Positions 40,079 through 49,981 of a stretch of 64,000 bases of DNA are shown here, piece after piece; the first letter of the stretch is position 1; each line of letters starts with the position of its first letter. This stretch comes from Candidatus Collierbacteria bacterium RIFOXYD2_FULL_45_13 (lineage in GTDB: Bacteria > Patescibacteriota > Microgenomatia > UBA1400 > MFAQ01), in the NCBI GenBank assembly GCA_001774685.1, contig MFAS01000001.1, forward strand, positions 607,557 through 671,556. Reading direction: 5' to 3'. The translations under genes and the position numbers were made by a program. The notes under the pieces were generated by a model. It had not been told where the DNA came from, made no database searches, and worked only from the letters and a program-made list of their open reading frames with translations.

Positions 40079-41386
40079 ATGATTGTTGATTTTGACGAAG
40101 ATTCTCAAAAAGCCCTGAACTCACTGGAAAGCAGCTCGGAGAATATCTTCTTAACCGGAAACGCGGGAACCGGCAAGTCCACTTTGTTGGATCATTTTAG
40201 AAACCAAACTGGTCAGAATGTGGCTGTCGTGGCACCCACCGGTGTCGCAGCTTTAAATGTTAAGGGAGAAACAATTCACTCATTTTTTGGGTTTCCCCCA
40301 AATGTCACCCCCGAAAAGGCATCCCTGGAAGCCAAACACTCCAAAAAAGCAAAAATCTATACCAATCTGGATGTCTTGGTCATTGATGAGATATCCATGG
40401 TCAGAGCCGACCTCTTGGATAGTATAGACTCGTTCCTGAGGGTCGTCAGAAAAAACCGGGAGGTTTTTGGAGGAGTTCGGATTATCATGGTGGGAGATCT
40501 CCACCAGTTACCTCCTGTAGTCACCAGCCAGGAAAGGTCAGCTCTGGAAAATCTCTATGAAACTCCGTATTTCTTTTCATCCAAAGTTTTCAATAGGCTT
40601 TTTGAGGGTCTATATTCACAATTCAAATTTATCGAGCTTCAAACCATCTATCGTCAATCTGAAAAAAGATTTATCAATATTCTCAATCGAATCAGAAACA
40701 ATCAAGCCACCTCGGAAGATCTGCAAACAATAAATAATCAATTGATTGGCGAAGGTGACCTCATCGACAACTACATAATTTTGACCGCAATGAATGAACA
40801 GGCAGACAAAATTAATCAGGCACGACTCGACGAAATCGAAGGGCCGGTCTACTCATTTCACGCTGTCCGTACCGGTGATTTTTCCTCACAACAGGGGCCC
40901 GCTGCCGATACTGTCTTGCTTAAGACGGGTGCCAGAGTGATGCTCCTGAACAACGACCCTCAAGATCGTTGGATCAATGGCACCACGGGAACCTTATTTA
41001 GAGCTGAATCAGGCTGTGCCTATGTCAGGATAGATGGAGGCGGTGTGGAGAAAATCGAGCCGGTTACCTGGACCTCATACAAAACCTCATATAATCCGGA
41101 CACTGCCGTTCTGGAAACTAAAGAGGCTGGGAGCTTTAAGCAAATGCCTATTCGTCTGGCCTGGGCTATTACGATTCATAAGAGCCAAGGAAAAACTTTT
41201 GAAAAGGTGGTCATTGATCTTGGTCGAGGGGCATTCGCGCATGGCCAGACCTATGTTGCCTTGAGTCGCTGTACTACCATGTCAGGCTTGAGACTGATTA
41301 GACCACTGACCCAACAATCCATCATTATGGATAAGCGGGTCTTAGAATTTCTGGATCGCCTTAGGCAATCGGCTGGACCGCCTTGA
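40079..41386 (+). CDS. Pif1/RecD-like SF1B helicase
   Basis: TGNAGTGKS, APTGVAA..G.TIHSFF, DEISMV, GDLHQLPPV, LAWAITIHKSQG and YVALSR. Confidence 0.93.
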   Translation: MIVDFDEDSQKALNSLESSSENIFLTGNAGTGKSTLLDHFRNQTGQNVAVVAPTGVAALNVKGETIHSFFGFPPNVTPEKASLEAKHSKKAKIYTNLDVLVIDEISMVRADLLDSIDSFLRVVRKNREVFGGVRIIMVGDLHQLPPVVTSQERSALENLYETPYFFSSKVFNRLFEGLYSQFKFIELQTIYRQSEKRFINILNRIRNNQATSEDLQTINNQLIGEGDLIDNYIILTAMNEQADKINQARLDEIEGPVYSFHAVRTGDFSSQQGPAADTVLLKTGARVMLLNNDPQDRWINGTTGTLFRAESGCAYVRIDGGGVEKIEPVTWTSYKTSYNPDTAVLETKEAGSFKQMPIRLAWAITIHKSQGKTFEKVVIDLGRGAFAHGQTYVALSRCTTMSGLRLIRPLTQQSIIMDKRVLEFLDRLRQSAGPP

Positions 41387-42545
41387 TCCTCTTAGTCAAG
41401 AACAAAAAAAGAAAAGCAGCTAATAGTGCCAAAGCACCACCAAAATAAAAGGGGGAGCTGGCACCGGCAAATGTCCAGAGCGCGCCGGCAATAGTAGAAG
41501 CAAAAAAGGTACCGATACCCATTAGAGTCTGATAAATTCCAAAAGCCGACGCTGAGATTTCGTGGGGAATCAGTTTTGAAATATAAGCCTTACCGACACC
41601 GTCCGTGAAGGCCATATATATTCCGTAAATCGGAAAAAGTATCCAAATCCAGGCAGATGAGGTGATGTATCCAAAAGAAAAATACACTAATGCGAACATC
41701 ATAAAACCAATAAACAAGACCTTTCGCGCACCGATCTTGTCTGCAATTATTCCCGCGGGAAGAGATAGTAAAGAATAGACAGAGTTAAAAAGAACGTAGG
41801 TAAAAATCGTCAGACCGATGGATAGTCCCAGATTTTGTGCCCTCAGGATCAAAAAAACATCCGAGCTGTTGCCTAAAGTAAAAACAAAGCTAATAAGCAG
41901 AAAAATCTTAAAAGAATCATTGGTTTTACTCCACTCAAAATGTAATCCTGTCAGACCAAGAGGTTTCTTCTCTTTTTCCTTCACAAAAAAAACGAACATC
42001 AGAACGCCTAGCAGGGCCGGAAAAAAAGCAGCCAAAAATAACATTCGGTAGTTACCCCCCAGCCATTTTAAGACCACTATCGAGAGCAAAGGACCCACAA
42101 CCGCCCCGAGGGAGTCCAAGGTTCGGTGAAATCCAAAGTTCCGGCCACGGCTCAATTTGTCTGAGCTTTCCGTAATAAGAGCATCTCGGGCCGAAGTCCT
42201 GACTCCCTTCCCTGTCCTGTTTATTAATCTGGCAAACATTACCATTGGCCACGTTCCGGCAAGAGACATTATTAAATGGGAGAAGGTGGCAAAACTATAA
42301 CCCCAGACAACATAGGGCCTTCTTTTTTGTGATCTATCGGAAAACACACCGCTAAAGGCCATTAATATTTTGGATATCGAATCTGCGAGCCCTTCGATAA
42401 ACCCCACTACCAGCGCAGGTGCCCCCAGTACGGAAATAAGAAAAATCGGCACTACAGGATAGACCATTTCCGAGGCCACATCATTCAGTAAACTAACCAC
42501 ACCCAACACAACCACGTTAGTCGAAATTGCTCTTTTCTTCTCCAT
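41361..42545 (-). CDS. MFS transporter
   Basis: 12 TMs; G..SDR...R, R.GKG.R...RDA and G..ADKIG.R motifs. Confidence 0.92.
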   Translation of the reverse strand: MEKKRAISTNVVVLGVVSLLNDVASEMVYPVVPIFLISVLGAPALVVGFIEGLADSISKILMAFSGVFSDRSQKRRPYVVWGYSFATFSHLIMSLAGTWPMVMFARLINRTGKGVRTSARDALITESSDKLSRGRNFGFHRTLDSLGAVVGPLLSIVVLKWLGGNYRMLFLAAFFPALLGVLMFVFFVKEKEKKPLGLTGLHFEWSKTNDSFKIFLLISFVFTLGNSSDVFLILRAQNLGLSIGLTIFTYVLFNSVYSLLSLPAGIIADKIGARKVLFIGFMMFALVYFSFGYITSSAWIWILFPIYGIYMAFTDGVGKAYISKLIPHEISASAFGIYQTLMGIGTFFASTIAGALWTFAGASSPFYFGGALALLAAFLFLFLTKRIKAVQPIA

Positions 42546-42576
42546 ACTTCACCAGTTTAGCATCAAACATTATGCC

Positions 42577-42954
42577 TCACCATTCTTTGTCCTCGTCCTC
42601 GTCATCATCACAATCCTCATTCCGAATGTCCTCGTCTTCATCTAGCTCCGTTAGGCGACCGGAATCTACCAGCTCCCTGAAATCAATATCGACTTCATTT
42701 CCCTGAATGATGACAATATTTCCCGATAAACCATCTACAAATAAACGATATCGCCAAAGTTCATACAAATCTTCATCCTCACCGACGGCAAAACTGATCA
42801 AACTATTCGCCTCAGATAAAATGGTGACTATGTCTGACAGTTTGTATTCACTGTCTATGGCTTTCACTCTCTCGTCCATCTCACCCAACTCTCTTTTGAT
42901 TAGTTTGTTAACAAATCCATTGTATTTATCCAGAGGTGATTCTGATTCGGCCAT
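42577..42954 (-). CDS. Hypothetical acidic protein
   Basis: 125 aa ORF filling the gap; acidic tail. Confidence 0.55.
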   Translation of the reverse strand: MAESESPLDKYNGFVNKLIKRELGEMDERVKAIDSEYKLSDIVTILSEANSLISFAVGEDEDLYELWRYRLFVDGLSGNIVIIQGNEVDIDFRELVDSGRLTELDEDEDIRNEDCDDDEDEDKEW

Positions 42955-42975
42955 GGTTTATGATGATACTAAACC

Positions 42976-43608
42976 ATGAAATCCGAGAAATCAAATAAAC
43001 CGGTCAAAACTTTAAACATTACCCTGATAGGGTTAATTGTTGGCTTTGTTCTATTTGGTCTCTTGGCTCACCAGCGGGCCTATTTTGGATATGACCTAGT
43101 CATTAGTCGTCAACTACAAAGTTTTCACAACCCCTTTTTTTCCACCGCCATGAGCCTTGTTAGTGAGGTTGGTAACGGCTACAATTTGGAAATAATTGTG
43201 GTTCTGGCCATGTCTCTTCTCTTTTTTGCCGGACTAAAAGCCGAAGCCGTCAAAACCGCACTTCTGACTGCCGCTAGCGCTACAGCGGGCAGTCTAGCCA
43301 AAAGCATCGTTAATCGACCACGTCCCGACGCTGAGCTCGTCTACATCCAAGAGGTGTTTCTAGACAAAAGTTTTCCCAGTTTGCACGTTCTAACGTATAC
43401 TATATTTTTTGGATATATGTTGTATCTGGCTCTATACAAAGTTAGAACCAAATGGCTTAAACTATTTATCTCCCTCTCTGCAACCATCTTGATATTTTCA
43501 ATAGGAATCTCCAGAGTCTATCTCGGAGCTCACTGGGCCAGCGATGTCGCCGGTGGTTACTTGCTTGGAACAGCTTTTCTGGTATTGGCAATTATATTAG
43601 GTCGATAA
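42976..43608 (+). CDS. PAP2-family membrane phosphatase
   Basis: K..VNRPRP, SFPSLH and SRVYLGAHWASDV.GG. Confidence 0.92.
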   Translation: MKSEKSNKPVKTLNITLIGLIVGFVLFGLLAHQRAYFGYDLVISRQLQSFHNPFFSTAMSLVSEVGNGYNLEIIVVLAMSLLFFAGLKAEAVKTALLTAASATAGSLAKSIVNRPRPDAELVYIQEVFLDKSFPSLHVLTYTIFFGYMLYLALYKVRTKWLKLFISLSATILIFSIGISRVYLGAHWASDVAGGYLLGTAFLVLAIILGR

Positions 43609-43624
43609 GAAAAGAAAAACTACA

Positions 43625-44503
43625 ATGGCAAAAGATAAATACTCAGCTGTCTGGATTTCGCATACTTCCATTAACGACTTCCTTCACTGCCCCCGGGCGT
43701 ATTTTCTGAAGAATATTTACAAAGACCGCAGTTCCGGTAACAAAATTCAAATTATTACGCCATCCCTGGCCCTGGGTTCAGCGGTTCATGAGGTCATCGA
43801 TTCATTATCCACCATCTCAACAAATAACCGGTTCAGCGATTCCCTGGTCTTGAAATTCGATCGGATTTGGGAAAAATATACCGGTAAAAAGGGCGGTTTC
43901 AGAGATCTGGACGAAGAGCATAAATACAAGGAACGGGGTAAGGCTATGCTAAGGAGGGTCATGGACCATCCTGGTCCGCTATCGAATCTGGCGGTCAAGA
44001 TTAGGGAAAGTCTGCCATATTTTTGGTTATCGGAGGAGGAAAACATTATTCTCTGTGGCAAAGTTGACTGGTTAGAGTACCTCAAAGATGAGGACAGTAT
44101 CCACATTATTGACTTCAAAACGAGTAAAAAAGAGGAAATCAAAGAATCGCTTCAGTTACCCATATATTATTTATTGGTAGTAAATTCTCAAAAAAGACCT
44201 GTCTCAAAAGCCTCCTACTGGTACTTGGACTTTTCAGACATGCCAAAAGAAATGGTTCTACCGGATATTGTTTCCGCTGAATCTAAACTATTGGAAATTG
44301 GCCGCAAAATCAAATTAGCCAGAAAACTTGAAAAGTTTGATTGTCCAAGTGGCAAAGACGGCTGTCCACAATGTCGTCAACTGGAGTCAATTATCGGGGG
44401 AGGAGGGGAGAAGGTGGGCGAGATGGGCCATCGTGACAGTTACATTCTGGATATTGAGGAAACTCCGGAGGTTGAGGAGCTTGAGGACAGTTTCATTATC
44501 TAA
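43625..44503 (+). CDS. PD-(D/E)XK nuclease (Cas4/AddB-like)
   Basis: S.TSI..F..CPR, G..VH, GKVD, IIDFKT, QL.IY and C-terminal C..C..C. Confidence 0.85.
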   Translation: MAKDKYSAVWISHTSINDFLHCPRAYFLKNIYKDRSSGNKIQIITPSLALGSAVHEVIDSLSTISTNNRFSDSLVLKFDRIWEKYTGKKGGFRDLDEEHKYKERGKAMLRRVMDHPGPLSNLAVKIRESLPYFWLSEEENIILCGKVDWLEYLKDEDSIHIIDFKTSKKEEIKESLQLPIYYLLVVNSQKRPVSKASYWYLDFSDMPKEMVLPDIVSAESKLLEIGRKIKLARKLEKFDCPSGKDGCPQCRQLESIIGGGGEKVGEMGHRDSYILDIEETPEVEELEDSFII

Positions 44504-44532
44504 AAACTAATAACTCCGCATCAATAACTCTA

Positions 44533-45450
44533 TCAGTATGCCGCGATTGCTACGGAAAAAGTGTTTTGGGCATAAACACAACCCCACACATACTCTCCTC
44601 CGGCCAGCAGCGCTTTATGTCCGAGTGTGTTCTCCCAGGCTTGAACCGTTTCCAGCGGTGATGAGTATCCCTGAGCCAAGAACTCACTTAAGTTATATTT
44701 TTCGGAGATCCATTTCAAATCAGGTCTGTCCAGTACCGGCACAAAGCCCGCGTGTCCATCCAGTTTCCCCAACTCTAGAAGTTCGTTTAGTCTTATGGAA
44801 GCAACTGTACATAGTTCGTCTCTTTGTCGCAGGGGATTAACCCCCATTTCTATCCGCCGCCCGTTAACCACCTCCCAAAGATCAGGTCCTCCCCAGGTAA
44901 TTTTTTTCGGCCCAACCACGATCTTTCTGGGTGATAGCAAGAGTACATAAACACTTACTTTGTCTTGGTCGTTCTTGATTGCAATGCCGGCATCTCTGAA
45001 GTCCGGGTGAAGGAGAGTTCCCTTGGTTATGTCATTGGCTTGCCAGTCGGCCACCGGATCATTGGTTTTAAAAAAATCAACCAAGAGCAAGTCTCCGATT
45101 AAATTTGCATCATAGCCGGCATTTTTGGTTGCTACTTCTCTTGTCAGTCCGGTCGTTGCCCCTTCATAGTCACGCTCTGTTAATATCACCGACAATCTTC
45201 CCAGAGCCGCTTGATTGAGCTTCTCGCTTGTTTTAACCTTTGAGAACCCGGCTCCTTCTCTTACAGCGTTTATCTTGGTCAGCACCGCGTCTGCACTCCA
45301 GTCTGGCAAAAACGGGGTGTTGTTTCTTTCGACATAAATACTCCCCCTGGTGAGGCCGTTACCGATATCTTTAAAAGGGATTGTTCTAAACCCATACACC
45401 AAGAGTCCGATACCCACGCACCACAATATTAGCTTCAAAAATGTTTTCAC
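44533..45450 (-). CDS. Membrane-anchored tandem CAP/SCP domain protein
   Basis: IN..R...G and VN..R...G..PL; H.GF and W..T.GH motifs. Confidence 0.8.
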   Translation of the reverse strand: MKTFLKLILWCVGIGLLVYGFRTIPFKDIGNGLTRGSIYVERNNTPFLPDWSADAVLTKINAVREGAGFSKVKTSEKLNQAALGRLSVILTERDYEGATTGLTREVATKNAGYDANLIGDLLLVDFFKTNDPVADWQANDITKGTLLHPDFRDAGIAIKNDQDKVSVYVLLLSPRKIVVGPKKITWGGPDLWEVVNGRRIEMGVNPLRQRDELCTVASIRLNELLELGKLDGHAGFVPVLDRPDLKWISEKYNLSEFLAQGYSSPLETVQAWENTLGHKALLAGGEYVWGCVYAQNTFSVAIAAY

Positions 45451-45496
45451 TTATTCAGTATAAAATATTTCTCAGATTTCTGTGTATACTGGCTTT

Positions 45497-45802
45497 ATGA
45501 ACATCATTTTTAATCCCCAGAAATTATCACTGAGTGATCGTTTCAAACAAAGAATCCAAACTAAGTTTGATCAAGGTCTCGGTAAACTCTTAAAAAACTA
45601 TCAAGAAGATCTCAAGATTGCTTCGCTGGCTATTGAAAAAGTCACCCGATCTGGATACGAGATTAAGTTTGATATGAACCTACCTGGTTGCCCGATCAAT
45701 ATCAGAGATAATCACCGCGTTCTTATGGACGGGGTTATCCGGGTCAGGAACCAAGCCAAAAGGCAAATAAAGAAATACATTGAGAAGATGCGTGGTTACT
45801 GA
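45497..45802 (+). CDS. HPF/RaiA-like ribosome hibernation factor
   Basis: About 100 aa, beta-alpha-beta-beta-beta-alpha pattern, C-terminal RQIKKY.EK. Confidence 0.6.
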   Translation: MNIIFNPQKLSLSDRFKQRIQTKFDQGLGKLLKNYQEDLKIASLAIEKVTRSGYEIKFDMNLPGCPINIRDNHRVLMDGVIRVRNQAKRQIKKYIEKMRGY

Positions 45803-46242
45803 TTTTTCTCCCTTTTCTTAATTTCCGCCACTTTATTTCTCAAAACCACTTTTCTGATCCAGCCATCATGATTGACGAACTTCATCTCGTTGGTCAACTC
45901 ACTTAAAGCTACAACCATAATGGTTCCATATCTCTCAAATTGTGTATCCCAAGATTTTTGGAAATTTTGCAAACTCACCTCCAGAGTACTACTACCATAA
46001 GTGGTTAGCAGGTGCACAGCAACGGCCTCAAAAACACCATCTCTGGCCGACCCTAACAATTCTTGTTCCTCCATCATATCTTTAGTTCGTTTGGGGCTTA
46101 AGTTCCCTTCTGCACCCATTGTTCTTTTCAGCTGATCGTAGGGATTGTTGGCCATTCTTTTTGGAATCCATGAACGACTCTCAGCCACCACATTTTCTTG
46201 GCCACCATAGACATTTCTCAGTTTTTCCTGCAAACTAGCCAT
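45796..46242 (-). CDS. Hypothetical protein
   Basis: 148 aa ORF abutting the ferredoxin gene. Confidence 0.55.
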   Translation of the reverse strand: MASLQEKLRNVYGGQENVVAESRSWIPKRMANNPYDQLKRTMGAEGNLSPKRTKDMMEEQELLGSARDGVFEAVAVHLLTTYGSSTLEVSLQNFQKSWDTQFERYGTIMVVALSELTNEMKFVNHDGWIRKVVLRNKVAEIKKREKNQ

Positions 46243-46437
46243 TTATTTTTTTATTGATATGGCTTGAGTTGGGCACACCTCAACGGCCATTTTCAGTGCT
46301 TCCAGCACCGTGAAGGGATTCAGATCGGCTGACTCAATCGGCTCAGAGGTGCCGTCTTTGAGTACAAACACCTTCTCGGCGATATCCACGCAGACACCAC
46401 ACCCGATACACTTAGTCTGGTCCACCTTTATTTTCAT
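46243..46437 (-). CDS. Ferredoxin (single 4Fe-4S)
   Basis: CIGCGVC ... CPTQAI. Confidence 0.9.
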   Translation of the reverse strand: MKIKVDQTKCIGCGVCVDIAEKVFVLKDGTSEPIESADLNPFTVLEALKMAVEVCPTQAISIKK

Positions 46438-46495
46438 AAAGGTATTTTACCTTATCTTATGACACCGGCATCTGCCGGCGGGATATAATGACCGC

Positions 46496-47596
46496 ATGAC
46501 CAATAATATTAAATGCCCCAATTGCGGAGAAGAAATAGAGATCTCGGAAGCCCTCAGCGCCACCATAAAAGAACAGATGGGTAAAAGTCTCAGAGACGAA
46601 GGTTTTAGAGAGGCAGAAAAGAAATATAAGTCAGAAGCCGCCGAAGAATCGAAGGTTCTTAAAGAAGAGCTGGAGTTTAAGTCCAAGAAATTGGATGAGG
46701 CTCGTGAGGCGGAGCGATTATTAAGACAGGAAAAATTGAAACTTGAAGACGAAAAGAAATCATTCGAACTGGAAAAACAGAAGCAGTTGGATATTGAAAG
46801 AGAAAAGATTCGACAGCAAACGCTTTTCGAAGCTAGCGATGCTCATCGTCTAAAAGATCTGGAGAAAGAAAAAATGATTAATGATCTGAAGAAATCATTG
46901 GAGGATGCCCAACTGAAAGCCTCTCAGAGTTCACAACAGTTACAAGGCGAAGTACAGGAGCTGGATCTGGAAAGTTATCTGCAAACCTCCTTTCCGAGTG
47001 ACGAGGTAAACCCTGTCGGTAAGGGAGTCCGTGGTGCCGATATAAGTCATGTCGTTCGGACCAATTTGGGAACAGTCTGCGGCGTCATACTCTGGGAATC
47101 CAAAAGAACTAAAGCTTGGATGGATGATTGGACCACGAAACTTAAGGACGATCTCCGTGCCTCCAAAGCCAATGTCCCGGTGATCATCACCTCTGTACTA
47201 CCCAAAGAAGTAAAGTCCGGATTTGGCTTCTTCCAAGGGGTTTGGGTAGCCGAGCCAAAATATATTCAACCATTGGCCGAGATTCTACGAAAGAATCTTA
47301 TCGACGTAGCCAGAGAAAAACACAACGGACAAGACAGGGGAACGAAGGCCGATATGATCTATACCTATTTGACAAGTGACGCTTTTGTTCAGCAAATCCA
47401 GAGTATTATCGAAGTCCATCAAAGCATGCAGCTTCAGGTTCAAAAAGAAAGAGCCGCTTTTGAAAAAATCTGGAAGGAAAGGGAAGCCCAGGCCTCCAGA
47501 ATTATTATGAGCACCGCCGGCATCTACGGCAGCATCCAAGGCGTGGCCGGCCAATCCATGCCACCCGTCAAAGGCCTCGATCTCCTCGATCCATAG
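46496..47596 (+). CDS. DUF2130-family coiled-coil protein with nuclease-like C-domain
   Basis: IKCPNCG, long coiled coil, SQQLQGEVQE, GAD and WESKRTKAW. Confidence 0.85.
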   Translation: MTNNIKCPNCGEEIEISEALSATIKEQMGKSLRDEGFREAEKKYKSEAAEESKVLKEELEFKSKKLDEAREAERLLRQEKLKLEDEKKSFELEKQKQLDIEREKIRQQTLFEASDAHRLKDLEKEKMINDLKKSLEDAQLKASQSSQQLQGEVQELDLESYLQTSFPSDEVNPVGKGVRGADISHVVRTNLGTVCGVILWESKRTKAWMDDWTTKLKDDLRASKANVPVIITSVLPKEVKSGFGFFQGVWVAEPKYIQPLAEILRKNLIDVAREKHNGQDRGTKADMIYTYLTSDAFVQQIQSIIEVHQSMQLQVQKERAAFEKIWKEREAQASRIIMSTAGIYGSIQGVAGQSMPPVKGLDLLDP

Positions 47597-47617
47597 TTAC
47601 TCTGCTAAAATATCCGG

Positions 47618-48391
47618 ATGATAAAACTACAGACAGGAAACAACGAGATCCTTAGAAAGGCTCTTGACAATATAAATTCGAGCGAGGAAATAAGAGTCAT
47701 GTGGGAGATGACCAACACTAACGCCATCAAGCGGATGGGTTACTCGGATCACGGAATTGTCCACTTTCAGATTGTGGCCGACTATGCTCTTCAGATGTGC
47801 CGAATTCTGGCGAAAAGTGATAAAAAAATGGGCATTGTAAAGGAGTACGGTTTGACGATGAACCATGCCGAGTTAGTTGTTGTTTTGGCTTCGTTGTTTC
47901 ACGATTTAGGTATGACGATCAATCGCAGGGGGCACGAGGAATACAGTCTTTTTATTGCGTCTAGAGTGATTGACCTAGTCCTAGATTTCCTTCCGGTGAG
48001 AGAAAGGGTAATTGTCCGAGGCGAAACGCTTCACGCCATAATCAACCATCGTGATGATGGCCATCCAAACACCATTGAGGCGGGTATCGTCCGTGTGGCA
48101 GATGCACTTGATATGAGTAAGGGAAGGTCGCGTATTCCATTTGAAAAAGGGGAAATTAACATCCATTCATTGTCCGCCTACGCCATCAACTCAGTCACTC
48201 TCAAAGAGGGCACCGGTGTACCGGTTGAAATAAACATTTTTATGAATAACTCTTCTGGCATATTTCAGGTTGATGAATTACTAAAGGAAAAGCTCAAACA
48301 TTCAGGCATCGAAAGGTATTGCCAAGTGACTGCCACAATCGATGGTGACTCGGAAAAGAAACTTTTAACGAAGTTTGTTGTCTCAGCCTAA
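47618..48391 (+). CDS. HD-domain phosphohydrolase
   Basis: DHG..H, LFHDLGM...R..H, ADALD and IHSLSA. Confidence 0.88.
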   Translation: MIKLQTGNNEILRKALDNINSSEEIRVMWEMTNTNAIKRMGYSDHGIVHFQIVADYALQMCRILAKSDKKMGIVKEYGLTMNHAELVVVLASLFHDLGMTINRRGHEEYSLFIASRVIDLVLDFLPVRERVIVRGETLHAIINHRDDGHPNTIEAGIVRVADALDMSKGRSRIPFEKGEINIHSLSAYAINSVTLKEGTGVPVEINIFMNNSSGIFQVDELLKEKLKHSGIERYCQVTATIDGDSEKKLLTKFVVSA

Positions 48392-48419
48392 ACCAGAGCT
48401 CTCTATGCTAACATGAGCC

Positions 48420-49187
48420 ATGTACTATAAGAAATCCAGGGGTATTTTTGATCCGAAATCAAAAGATCCCTTCAAAATCAGCCGATCTAAGATAGAGCTT
48501 TATACTCAATGCCCTCGTTGTTTCTATATGGACGTTCGGTTGGGTCTATCGCGCCCATCTACTCCTCCATATACCTTAAACTCAGCCGTCGATAACTTAT
48601 TAAAAAACGAGTTTGATCTACTTAGGAAAACAGGGGAGAAGCACGAACTAATGAAAAAATACGCCATAGACGCCATACCTTTTAACCACCCAGATTTGCC
48701 TCAATGGAGAGGTGAAGTCACCGCTTTTGAAGGTGCCTTGGTTGTGGATGAAAAATCAAATCTCCTTATCAACGGGTTGGTCGATGATGTATGGCAAGAC
48801 AGTCAGGGAAATCTGGTGATGGTGGATTACAAGTCGACCAGCTCGGCTAAGCCACCCTCCCTTGATGATGAGTGGAAACAGTCCTACAAGCGGCAAATAG
48901 AGATTTATCAATGGATTTTCCGCAAGCTTGGTTTTCCTGTATCTAGAATTGGTTACTTTGTTTTCGCCAATGCCATGAAGAATTTACCAAAATTCGACGG
49001 CAAACTCGAGTTTGAGATGTCCATTCTCGCTTACGAAGGAAACTCCGACTGGGTTGAACTCACTCTCTTGGAAATTCGCGAGCTTCTCAACTCAGAAGTC
49101 ATTCCTGCACCTGCTCACGAGTGCGAGTATTGTGCCTACAAACAGCAGTCAGTCCAAATAGTTAAATCGATAAGAGAAAAGCAATAA
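48420..49187 (+). CDS. PD-(D/E)XK nuclease (Cas4-like)
   Basis: SRSKI....CPRC, GLVDD, VDYKS, QIEIY and CEYC.Y. Confidence 0.85.
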   Translation: MYYKKSRGIFDPKSKDPFKISRSKIELYTQCPRCFYMDVRLGLSRPSTPPYTLNSAVDNLLKNEFDLLRKTGEKHELMKKYAIDAIPFNHPDLPQWRGEVTAFEGALVVDEKSNLLINGLVDDVWQDSQGNLVMVDYKSTSSAKPPSLDDEWKQSYKRQIEIYQWIFRKLGFPVSRIGYFVFANAMKNLPKFDGKLEFEMSILAYEGNSDWVELTLLEIRELLNSEVIPAPAHECEYCAYKQQSVQIVKSIREKQ

Positions 49188-49195
49188 CCACACTT

Positions 49196-49232
49196 CGTCA
49201 TTGCGAATCTTGTACTCAAGCTGTGGCAATCC
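49196..49232 (+). repeat. Palindromic REP/RPE-like element, copy 2
   Basis: cgtcattgcgaatcttgtactcaagctgtggcaatcc; lies between convergent genes. Confidence 0.75.
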
Positions 49233-49482
49233 ATCTCTTTTTGTCTTTTTCTAGCCTCACGATTCTCTTTTCATGATTGTCAATCTTCTCTGAGTGATGG
49301 TCGGCAATATTATCCAATTTCTTTTCAATTCTATAAGTATTATCTGCAACCACAGTTACTTCTTTATGCAAACGATCATAAATATTATTGATCATGGGTT
49401 CAGTCACTTCTTCATGAAACTTTAATAACCTCTCATCCATGATTTTCGCAAAATCTTCCAGATTGTCCTTAGTAAACTTCAT
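49216..49482 (-). CDS. Hypothetical coiled-coil protein
   Basis: HEKRIVRLEK-type coiled coil; TATAGT 6 nt upstream of ATG. Confidence 0.6.
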   Translation of the reverse strand: MKFTKDNLEDFAKIMDERLLKFHEEVTEPMINNIYDRLHKEVTVVADNTYRIEKKLDNIADHHSEKIDNHEKRIVRLEKDKKRWIATA

Positions 49483-49496
49483 ACATTTACTATACC

Positions 49497-49913
49497 TCAA
49501 ACATTTTCCTCGATCTTTTTTACCCTCAGCTTCTGGTCGTTTATTTCAAATTCGCTACCGGCAACCTTGCCCAGAAGATTTTTGGCCATTGGTGTTTTTT
49601 CGCTTAGGAGAGTCACACCGTCTTCTTCCGTGCCACCTAGTCCATTGGGCACAATAAAATATTTTCTGGTCGAACCGTCAACTGTATTGAGCATGGTGTA
49701 GACCAAATGATATTTGGCGACCTCACCCAAAAGTTCCACGAGCCTCTTTTTTTCTTCGAGTAGTGAATTGTAAAGCTGGTTAGCAATTTGTCTGGTCTGG
49801 TCGTGTTGCGATTCCATAGAAGTGGCGCTTTCATCACGTTCCATAGCCGCCTGCTTAATTTGCTTCTCCGCCGAGCGGATTTCCTTCTCTATTTTCTGTT
49901 TCAAGTCGATCAT
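49497..49913 (-). CDS. GreA/GreB-like protein
   Basis: N-terminal coiled coil plus C-terminal S..TP....LLGK..G fold motif. Confidence 0.65.
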   Translation of the reverse strand: MIDLKQKIEKEIRSAEKQIKQAAMERDESATSMESQHDQTRQIANQLYNSLLEEKKRLVELLGEVAKYHLVYTMLNTVDGSTRKYFIVPNGLGGTEEDGVTLLSEKTPMAKNLLGKVAGSEFEINDQKLRVKKIEENV

Positions 49914-49981
49914 ACCCAATTTTACCTCATATCATCATTTCGAAAGTGATTCTGATGACATTCATCTGAGATAATAGCCTC

